Below, one piece after another: positions 9,017 through 20,217 of a stretch of 64,000 nucleotides of DNA. Position 1 is the stretch's first letter; each line of letters starts with the position of its first letter. The position numbers and the translations under genes are program-made. The stretch is from assembly GCA_013239625.1 (NCBI GenBank), contig MU055906.1, forward strand, positions 1 through 64,000, written 5' to 3'. Source of the stretch: Lama guanicoe (taxonomy: Eukaryota). The notes under the pieces were generated by a model. It ran no database searches, had not been told where the DNA came from, and saw nothing but the letters and a program-made list of their open reading frames with translations.

Positions 9017-12000
9017 TAATGTGACATTGCCAGATGTACCTTCACAACATGGAGGGATAACTCAGGCTAAACATGAAAATCCTTGCTTTTGCCATCAGTT
9101 TCCAAGAAGGGAGTATCCCACGGCCCTTCTGTTCCCGAAATGAAATGCAGGGCAAGCATTCTTTTGAAGTGTACCCAAATTGCATGATGGTTGCTAGCAG
9201 CATCCTCTGCTTCTTCCATTGGATGCATTCTGTGGAGATTGCAAAATCGGGAGAAGCTGAGGTACTGAGGACATCTTCTGAAAAGGCCTTTCCAAGCTCA
9301 CATGGACAGAGCTTTCCAGCGTTCTGTGCTCTACCAAAATCTTGGATCACATCAACTCGCCTGACCACAAGTTATTTTCCTAGAGTGAAAGATTCTAAAA
9401 ACTGTGGAACACATTGCATCCTATCTAGGAGATAGTCTCATAAGAATCTTTGTCTCATCATAACTTCATGCCAGCTAGAATGCATTTCAAGATGGCTGAA
9501 GCTGAGGAGGGAAAATCAACTTGCAGTATAATCTAATGGAACACAAAGACAGGCTCATATGCCAAAGAAAAATTTCTCACGTTTGAAAGCTGGCAGGATA
9601 CTGAAAATTTCCAGATGCTCAAATCCAAGTTGGGAACAGGTTTCCAAGACTGGGTGCAGCTAATACTAAAAGCTTCATTCTGTCCAAGTAGTCCTTTCAG
9701 CATGCGGAAATTTGCTCAATGGAGATGTTCAGTGAGGGAGTTTTAAGAAATCACAGGCCGTTTTAATGCATGGCCTCAGTTACAAGTTAGACGTAGGATG
9801 GGTCCTAAATCCCACCACTTATGTGATTCCAACAAGGCAGAAGGAGGTTTCCCACACAAACTCATTCCTGTAGTGGCATATACGTACAAGATGCATTGCA
9901 CAGCCCCTCATTTTCAAGACACATTCTGTTGGCAAAGTTTCCAACTATGCAGGTGTCTTTCCTAAAGAAAGTATCATAGGAGATGAATGGAGCAGACTCA
10001 TTGCAAGTGAGTGAAAGGCCTATCAGAACTTGGATTTTGGATTGCTTCCCCAACACAAAAATTCTCTTAACCCGACAATGCAGGTGAAGGAAATTATTTC
10101 ACACTTATTGTATTTCAAAAATGAGTCATCTGTGAATGTTAGGGTTGATCTGTCGGAAATTAGAAGGACCGTTTCAACAATCCTCTTTCCACCTTGCTTA
10201 GAATGCTTCATAACAGCTGGGTCTGCTGGGGGGCTCTTTGTGTTTCAACTTCTTTCCACCTTGTTTAGAATGCTTTGTAACAGCTGGGACTGCTGAGGGG
10301 CTGTTTGTGTTTCTATGATGAGTTGGAGCCAAGGCTTTTCAGGAAAAGAACACAGGCTACAAAGGAAACTCAAGGCTTCCCTGAGGCCTTAGAAATTGTT
10401 CCTAGTTTTTTGTTTGGTTCCCAGATTGGAATGATTTTCTAAGATTCAGCACAAGTAGCTGGGTCAGGAGAAATCTCCTACCTCTAACACCTCTCTTGGC
10501 ATGCTATCCTGGAACATTTTGGGTTCCATTTGACATCTTGAGACAAAGTTGAAAGAAATTGTTTCAGAACTAGAATATAGGCTAATTTCCAAGCTATCAA
10601 ATGTGTCTGTCCCATGATGGCACAATGGAGAAATCATTCAAACCTTTCCATTTCCATAATGGAGTATGTTGGAAGGTTCTGTGCATGTAGCCGTAGGTCA
10701 CAGAGGCTTTCTGCAAATGAGTTGCCACAGATTTTCTCACTTTTGTAATGACAGTTCAACATCTGAGAAGACCATGATTCATTGTCCAGTAGAGGCCAAT
10801 ATTTTGTGGACCACTGAAATAGATACATTTTCCAAATACCTAACTAATCTGTCTTGCAACAAAGTTTATGGGGTGTATTTTCTTCAATCATGCTTTCTCC
10901 AAATTTGAGAATTGCTACAGGATATATTAAACCAATGCACGACTCATTCAAGATTGAGTATAAACAAAGCTGTCTTCTTTTGTTCTATTCTTCCTACTGA
11001 CGAGTTCATGAGAGCTGAAGTAAATTTTCTGAGTTCAATGAAAAACAGAGTCCTATGAGAATGTGTAGATGGGCTCCATTTCATCCCTGAAAATTAATGT
11101 GTCCCTAATGAGGCAGTGCAGTGAAAACTGGCCCACATCCTATTCCTCCAAATAGGGAAGTTTCTGAAAGTGAATTTTCCCTAAAGTAACACTACAGATG
11201 ATATCTTTGCACAAATAACTCAGTATTCCAAATAGCTTTCCATAGTGGCTGAGCTGAATTATGGTCCCTAATGTCTCCTTCCCAGAGGTACCTTCAGAAC
11301 ATTTAGGGAACCTCAGGCCAAACATGGAAATCCCTACTTTTATCATGAAGTCAAAGAAGGGAAATTCCCAAGTCTCTTCTGTTCCCCAAAATAACCATAT
11401 GTAAAAGATCTGTGTGTAGCTGATATGAACTGAAGATGACTTTCTAAAGAGCATTCTTTGTGCCTTTCCTTGGATTGTCTCTGAACAGAGAAGATCAAGG
11501 AGAAGCTGATGTACTAAGGACGAACTTGAGCAGAAGCCTCTCAGAGTACGGACGGACCATTCTTCCCCTTAGGCAAAATTCTAGCTTCAAAAGCCTGGGT
11601 TAAAGTCAACTTAACCTGTCTCAAAGTGCATTCCATATATGCAGGATTTTAAACACTGACAGGCACAGAGGATCCTATCTAGTAGATATTTTACATGATT
11701 CTTGATCTCACCATCAACTGATGCTAACCAGAATGCATTCAAATTTGTATGAATTGAGGAATGAAAGGCAGGTTGCAGTGAAATCTTACAGAACATGGTA
11801 ATAGACTCGAGTGCCAAAAAGAGAAGCCACATATTTAGAAAATGGCAGAAAACTGAAAAATTCCTTATGTGTTTGAGCCTTAAGTGCAAAAAGTAGGGCT
11901 GTGGGAGATTCCCTTGTTGTGAATTAGTGGCAAAAGTAAGACTGGGTGCATCTAATATGAAGTGCTTTCTCCTGTCCATGTAGTCCTTTCAGCAAGTGGA

Positions 12001-13523
12001 AATTTGCTCGATCAACCCTTTCAGTGAGTTGAACATGGAGGTTTTCCTGGGTGTTTGAATGCACAGCTCAATCATTAGTAAGACATAGGATCACTTCTCA
12101 ATCCCTCAAACTTGGTGATACCCACAGAGCAGAAGGAAGTTTCCCACACACAGTCTTTCCTTTAGTGACAAAAAGCAACAAGATGCATTGCACAGCACAT
12201 ATTCCCTAAGAGACAACCTGAAAGCAGTGTTTCTAACTTCACGAGCAATTGCCTAAATACAACCGAGGCAGAGATGGAGTGACCTACCTCACTGCGAGAG
12301 TGTGAGAAAGCATATCAGAGCTCGTAGTTATGCTTGAATCCCAAGCTCACAAGCAATCCATGATCAAGACAGCGCGGATGAGGGCCATTGGCCACACTCA
12401 TTGTATTCCCACTATGAGTCAAGTGCCAAAGTTTGGGTTGATGTGAGCGAAATTACAAGACCCATTCAAAGATTCTTCTTTGCACCTTCATTCAGATGCT
12501 TACAGTAAGCAGTGTCACGTGTGGGTTTGTGGCTCTTCCAAAGAGAACCTGGTGCCCAGATCCTTCATGGCAGGAACATATATTTATTTGGGAAAATATG
12601 GAAATCAGTGCTCATGATGAGGCCCGAGAGATTGTTGTATATTTTCCACTTGATTCCCAGCGTGGGATGATTGTCTGAGATTTGGATTAATAAGCTTGAT
12701 AGGAAGAGATTTTCTCCCAATTCAGCCACCATTGTTGGCATGTTCTCAAAAAACATTTTTAAGCTGGGTTCAATTTGACAAATCAAGATCATGTTTAAAG
12801 AAACTGCTTCAGAACTGAGACATAGACTTCTTTCCCATTCACAGAAAACCATTTTTCCAAAAAAGGCACTACACAGAAATTATCCTTACCCATTCCATTT
12901 TGAGCAGTGAACATGTTGGTTTGTCCCATGCATGTAGATGAAGGATGTAGAGACTCTCCTACAAATGGCTTTCCACATTTCCTCTTTATTTCATAAAGCT
13001 AGTTCAACATAAGAGAAAAACTGTTATTCCATGTGGAACAGGAGCCAAGACATTGTGGAACACTGACACACAGCTGTTTCCCAACTGCCAGAAAACTCTG
13101 ACTTGCAAAAAACGTGATGGAATGAATTTCCTTCAAACATGCGTTATCCAAAAATGAGAATTGTTATAGGATATATTGAACCCAAGCACTCATTTAGGAG
13201 AGATTACAATTCAAGTTGTCTTCTCTCTTGTTATTCTTCCTACAGAAGTCTCCTTAACACCTGAAGAGAAATATCTACACTTGATAATGAAGAGAGAGTT
13301 TTCTGAATCTAAAAATTGGCTCACTCCTGTCCTTGAAGTTCAATGTGTCCCCAAGAAGGTAGTGCAATGAAAAGAGGCCCACATCATATGCCTCCAAATT
13401 TTGTAGTTACAGAAGGTGAATTTCACCTGATAAATGCTGAAGAAGGATTATGTGCACCAAACATTCAGCATTCCTCACAGATTTTGAAAGAGTTGCTGTT
13501 GACTGAGCTGAGATGAGGTATTT
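9017..13523. repeat. AB unit: A3 (9017-11268, carries the 67-bp duplication) + B3 (11269-13523)
   Basis: Landmarks at 9017, 11269, 13524. Confidence 0.93.
10177..10313. repeat. 67-bp tandem duplication in A3
   Basis: GAATGCTT..TAACAGCTGGG at 10201 and 10268. Confidence 0.92.
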
Positions 13524-16500
13524 TAATGTCACTGTGCCAGAGAAACCTTCACAACATGGAGTGGTAGCTCAGGCCAAACATGAAAATCCCTGCTTTTGCC
13601 ATCAATTCCCAAGATGGGAATATCCCATGGTCATTCATTTCCTGAAGTGATACAGCAAGCATTCAACTGAAGTGGACCCAAATTGCAAGAGGATTGCTAG
13701 CAGCATTCCTTAGTTCTCCCATTGAATGCCTTCTGTGGACATTGCAAAATCTGGAGAAGCTGGGGTTCTGAGGCCAAACTACTGAAAAGGACTTTCCAAG
13801 TACAGATGGACAGTTCTTGCCAGTGTGCTGTGCTCTATCAAAACCTTGGAGCATGTCTACTTGCCCAACCCCAAATTGTTTCCCAAGAGTGAAAGATTCT
13901 AAAACATATGGAACAGAAGACGTCCTATCTAGGAGATTTTCTCACAGAATCTTTGTCTCGCCATAATTTCATGCTACCTAGAATGTGATTCATGATGGCT
14001 GAAGTTGAGGAAGGAAAGTCAGACTGCAGTGAAATCTTATGGAATGAGAAGACAGGCTCATAGGCCGAAGACAAATATCTCACTTTTGAAAAATAGCAGA
14101 AGACTGGAAACTTCGACATATGCTCAATTCTAAGATGGCAACAGGTTTCCAAGTCAGGATGCAGCTAACAAAAAGTGCTTCATTCTGTCCAAGTAGCCCT
14201 TTCAGCATGTGGAAATCTGCTCAATTGACACGTTCACTGGAGAGAACTTTGGGAATTCACCGGGGTATTTGATTCATGGCCTCACTCAGAAGTTAGAAAT
14301 AGGATGGGTTCTCAATCCCACCACTTACATGATCCCAACAAGGAAGAAGCAGGTTTTCCACACACACTCTTTCCTCTAGTGAAAACCACAAGATGCATTG
14401 CCCAGCCCCACATGTTCAAGAGACTTTGTGTTGACAATGTTTCAGCCATCACAGGTGACATTCCTAAAGAATTTAAAAGAGGAGATGAAGGGAACGGACT
14501 TAATGTGATTGTGTGAGAAGGCTTATCAGAACTTGGATTTTGGTTTATTTCCCCAAACACGAAAATTCTCCTAAGACAGCAATGCAGATGAAGTTAATTT
14601 TTTCAAACTCATTGCATTCCCAAGATGCGTCACCATGAACGTTAGGGCTGATCTGATGGAAATTAGAAGACCCGTTCAAACAATCCTCTTTCAATTTTGC
14701 TTAGAATGCTTCATAATAGCTGGGTCTGCTGAGGGGCTATTTGTGTTTCTCAGATTGGTTGGAGCCAAGGCCATTCAGGACAGGAATAGAGGACACATAA
14801 GGAATCTGCGGAAACTCAGGGCTCCCCTATGTCCTGCAAAGTTGATCCATTTTTTTCCATTTGGTCCCAAGAGTGCAATGATTGTCTAAGATTTGGCACA
14901 AGAAGCTTAGTAGGGAGAGATACTCTCCCACTTCTTTCACCTCTCAGGGCGTGCTGTCTCGGAACATTTTCAAGTTGGGATCAATTTGATGTCTAGAGAC
15001 AAAGTTGAGAGAAATTGTTTCAGAACCAGGATATAGGCTTCTTTCCAAGTCACAGAAACCATTTCCCCCATGACAGCACAATGCAGAAATCATCCTTACC
15101 CATTTCATTTCCATAAGGGAACATGTTGGAAGATTCCATGCATGTAGCCAAGGGTCACAGTGAATATCCAGCAAATGGCTTGCCACAGTTTTCCTCAATT
15201 TTGAAAAGACAGTTCAAAATCTGAGAAAACCATGATTCCATGTGCAGTAAGGGCCAATGTTCTGTGGAACAATGAAATAGACACGGTTCACAAATGCCTA
15301 AATAATCTGTCTTGCAACAAATTAGATGGGGCAGATTTTCTTCAAACATACCTTCTACAAAATTGAGAATTGTTACAGGGTATATTGAAATGAAGCACTA
15401 CTCATTTAGGAGAGAATACACTCTAAGCTGTCTTCTTTTCTGCTATTCTTCCTACAGAAAAGTTCATGAGAGCTGAAGCAAATTATCTGAGCTCAATGAA
15501 GAACAGAGACCTATGAGAATGTGCAGAAGTGTCACTTCTGTCGCTGAAAATTACTGTGTTCCTGAAGAGCCAGTGTAGTGAAAATTGGGCAACATTGTGT
15601 TCCTGCAAACAGAGACAGTTTTGAAAGTGAATTTCACCTAAAGTAATGCTGAATAGGGTTTCTTGGCACCAATAACTCAGCATTCCTAATAGCTAACCAA
15701 AGAGCTGCTGTTGACTGAGCTGAAATGTGGTCATTAATGTCACCTTCCTAAATGTACCTTCATAACATGCAGGGAACCTCAGGCCAAACATGGGAATCCC
15801 TGATTTTATCATCAATTCCCAAGAAGGGAATTCCCCAATTCCCTCCTTTTCCCCCAAAAAACCATATATGCAGCATTTGTGTGCAGCTGATATGAACTGA
15901 AGATTACTTTCTAAAGAGCATTCTTTGCAAAATTCCATGGACTCTCTCTGTAGATAGTGAAGATCATGGAAAAGCTGTTGTACTAAGGGAGATCTTGAGC
16001 AGAAGCCCCTCAGAGTACCAATGGAGGGTTCTTCCCCTTAGACAAAATTCTGCATTTCCAAAGTCTGGGATAAAGTCAACTTAACCTCTCCCCAAGTTTA
16101 TCCCAGATTTGCAAGTTTTTAAAATCTGAGGCACACAGAGCATCCTATCTAGGAGATATTTTCACACAATTCTTGATCTCACTGACAGCTGATGTTAATC
16201 AGAATGCATTCAAAGATGGCTAAAGTTGAGGGAAGAAAGGCAGGTTGCAGTGAAATCTTACAGAACATGGTGATAGGCTCATGTGCCAAAGAGAGAAGCC
16301 ACATATTCGAAAAATGGAAAAAAAGACTGAAAACATATTCATGTGTTTGAGCCTAATTTGGGAAAGGAAGGACTGTGGGAGATTCCCTTCTTGTGAATTA
16401 GTGGCAAAAGTAAGACTGGGTGCATCTAGCATGAAGTGCTTTCTCCTGTACAAGTAGTCCTTTCGGCAAGGGGAAGATTGCTCAATTGACACATTCAGTG

Positions 16501-17965
16501 AGGTGAACACTAAGACTACACTGGGTGTTTGAATGCCCAGCTCCAATCACAGGTAAGACATTGGTTAGTTTCTCAACCACTCAAAACTGGAGATCCCAAC
16601 AAAGTAGAAGGAAATCTCCCACACAAACTTTCATCTAGTGACAAAAACCAGGAAGATCCATTGCACAGCATCTTTTCCTCAAGAGACACCCTGCCAGCAA
16701 TGTTTCCAACTTGCCAGGATATTGCCTAAAGACACCCAAATCGGAGGTGAAATGAGCTAACTGACTGTGAGAGTGTGAGAAGGACTATCAGAGTTTGAAT
16801 TTACACATGATTCCCAACAACACAAACACTTCATTATCACGACAGCACAGATGAAGGATAATTTCTGCACTCATTGTATTCCCAGTATGAGTCAAGTGCC
16901 AAAGTTTGGGTTGACATGAGCAAAAACTCAAGACCCATTCAAAGAATCTTCCTTGCAACTTCATTTGGATGCTTCCAGTAAGCAGTGTCAAGTGCTTGCC
17001 TGTTGTTCCAAAGAGAGGCTTGCGCCAAGGTTGCTTGTGGCAGGAACATAGATAAAATTGGGAAAGTGTGGAACTCAGTGCTCACGATTATGCTTGTGCA
17101 GTTGGTTCCCAGGGTTGGACTGTTGTCTAAGATTCGGAACTATAAGCTGGGTAGGAAGAGATATTCTCCCACTTCTACCACCGTTTTTAATGCTCTCAAG
17201 GAAATGTGTCAGGCTGGTTCAATTTGACATCTCAAGATCATGTTCAGAGAGACTGTTTTAGAATCGAGACAAAGGCTTGTTTCCCATTCACAGAAACCCA
17301 TTTTTCCAAAAAAACCACAAGACAGAAGTCATACTTATCCATTACATTTCAAGCAACTAACATGCTGGAAGGTCCCATGCATGTAGGGGAACATCGTAGA
17401 GCCTCTCCTACAAATGGCTTTCTGCATTCTCTCTATCTTTCATAAAGTTAGTTCAACATAAGAGAAAACTGTGATTCCATGTGGAATACAAGCCAAGACC
17501 AAGTGGTACACTGACATACAGCCTTTGCCCTGTTGCCAGAATTCTCTGATTTCCATTCAAGCTGATGCAATTTCCTTCAAAAATGCTTTATCCAAAATTA
17601 AGAAGTATTATAAGATGTATTGGTCCCAAGCAATCATTTAGGAGAGTTTACCTTCCAAGTGTTTTATTTCCTGCTATTCTTCCTACAGAAATGTTCATGA
17701 GACCTGAAGTAAATTATCTGAGTTTGATGAAGAACAGAGGCCTATGTGAATGTGCAGATGGGCTCACATCTGTCCCAGAAAATCAATGTGTCCTCAAAGC
17801 AGCAGTGCAATGAAAGTTGGCCCAAATCATATTCCTCCATATAAGGATGTTTTTGAAGGTGAATTTCACCTAAAGTAATGCTGAATAGGGTTTCTTTGCA
17901 TCAATTATTGGCGTTCCTTCTAGCTTTCCTAAGAGCTGCTTTCGGCTGACCTGAAATGTTGTTCT
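13524..17965. repeat. A4 (13524-15734) + hybrid B4 (15735-17965; B-type to ~17690, then the tail of an A monomer)
   Basis: Landmarks at 13524, 15735, 17966. Diagnostic bases switch type across TGCTATTCTTCCTACAGAA at ~17672-17690. Confidence 0.88.
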
Positions 17966-20217
17966 TAATGTCACTTTCCCATATGTACCTTCATAACATG
18001 CAGGAAACTTCAGGCCAAACATGGAAATCTCTGCTTTTATCATTAATTCCCAACAAGGGAATTTCCCAAGTCCCTTCTGTTCCTGAAAAGGGCCATATGT
18101 GAAGCATTTGTGTGCAGCTGATAAGAACTGAAGATGACATTTTTAGAGCATACTTTGCACCTTACCTTGTATACTCTCTGTGGACATTGAAGACTAAAGA
18201 GAAGTGAGATACTTGGGATGAATTTGAGCAGAAACCTCTCAGAGAATGGACACACCATTCTTCCCATTAGGCAAAACACTGAGCTTCCAAAGTATGGGAT
18301 CAATTCAACTTAACCACTTCCCAAGTGTATCCCAGATTTGCAAGATTTTAACATCTTAGTGCACACAGCATCCTATCTAGGGGACAATTTCACAAGATTA
18401 TTGATCTCACCATCAACTGATGCTAAAGAGAATACAAGCAACCATGGCTGAAATTGAGGAAGAAAAGGCAGGTAGCAATGATATCTTATAGAATATGGTG
18501 ATATGTTCGTGTGCCAAATGGAGTAGCCACATATTCAAAAAGTGGCAGAAGACTCATATCTTCCTCATGTGTTTGAGCCGAATTTGGGAATAAGGGCTGT
18601 GGGAGATTCCCTACTTTTGATTTAGTGGCAAAAGTAAGACTGGGTGCATCTAACACGAAGTGCTTTCTCCTGTGCAAATAGTCCTTTCAGTAAGTGGAAG
18701 ATTGCTCGGTCAAACATTCAGTGAGGTGAACATTGAGATTTCACTGGGGGTTTGAATGCATGGCCTCAATCACAAGTAAGCCATAGGATTGTTTCTCAAT
18801 CCCTCAAATTTGGTAATCACAACAAAGCAGAAGGAAGTTTCCCATGCGCAATCTTTCCTCTAGTGACAAAAACCAACAAGATGCATTGCACAACACCACT
18901 TCCTCAAGAGACAATCTGTCGGCATTCTTTCCAAAGACATGGGCATTTGCCTAAAGGCAACTGAAGTAGAGATGAAGTGAGCTACCTCACTGCAAGAGTG
19001 TGAGAAGGCCTATCAGAGCTCATAGTTATGCTTGCTTCTCAACAACACAAACACTCCATTATCACAACAGCGCTGATGAGGGACATTGTACACACTCATT
19101 GTAATCCCAGTGTAAGTCAAGTGATACATTTTTGGTTAATGTGAACGAAATTATAAGAGCCATTTAAACAATCATCCTTGCACCTTCATTCAGATGCTTC
19201 CAGTAAGCAGTGCCAAGTGAGGAGCTGTGGCTGTTCCAAAGAGAGGCAGTGCCCACATCATTCAGAGCAGGAACATAGAATAATTTTGGAATTCGTGGAA
19301 CTCAGTGCTCATGATGAGGCCTGTGAATTTGCTGCACATTTTCCCCTTGATTCAAAGGGTGGGATGGTTGTCTAAGATCCAGAACAATAAGCTGGGTAGG
19401 AAGAGATCTTCTCCCACTTCTGCCACTCTAGCTGCCATGCTCTCAAGGAACGGTGTCAAGCTGGGTTCAATTTGACATCTCAAAATCATGTTGAGAGAAA
19501 CTTTCAGAACTGAGACAAAGGCTTCTTTCCCATTCACAGAAACCCACATTTCCCAAAAAGGCCCAAGAAAGAAATCATCCTTACCCATTTCATTTCGAGC
19601 ATCTAACCTGCTGGAAGTTCACATGCATGCAGATGAAGGCCTTAGAGACTGTCTTACAAATGGCATTCTGCATTCTCTCTCTCTTTAATAAAGTTAGTTC
19701 AATATAAGAGAAAACTTTGATTCCATGTGGAATACAAGCTAAGACCAAGTGGGACACTGACACACAGCCTTTTCATAACTGCCAGAATTCTCTGACTTGC
19801 AAACTAGGTGATGGAGAGAATTTCCTTCAAGAAAGCTTATCCAAATTTGAGAAGTGCTATAGGACATATTGAAACTAAGCACTCATATAGAAGAGATTAC
19901 CTTCCAAGCTGTTTTCTTTCTTGCTATTCTTCCTACAGGAATCTTCACAACAACTCAAGGAAAATTTCTACTTTGGATGATGAACAGAGGCCTTTCCAAA
20001 TGTGTAAATGGGCTCACTTCCATCCTTGAAAATCAATGTGTCACCATCAAGGCAGTGCAATGAAAACTGGCCCACGTCTTACTCCTCCAAAGAGGAAAGT
20101 TACAGAAGGTGAATATCACATGAACTAATGCTGAAGAGACTTTCTCTGCACATAATATTCAGAATTCCTCAAAGATTTCAAAAGAGCTGCTGTTGACTCA
20201 GCTGAGATGAGGTATTT
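17966..20217. repeat. Supernumerary B monomer (B5), breaking the A/B alternation
   Basis: The landmark at 17966 has B-diagnostic context (CTGAAATG..., TCATAACATGCAGGAAACTTCAGGCCAAACATGGAAAT) directly after another B monomer. Confidence 0.9.

Noticed and set aside
12610-12625. ATGATGA in B monomers as a snoRNA box C
   Set aside because: Homologous copies read CACGATGA, CATGACGA and CACGACGC, so ATGATGA here is a CpG-deamination product.
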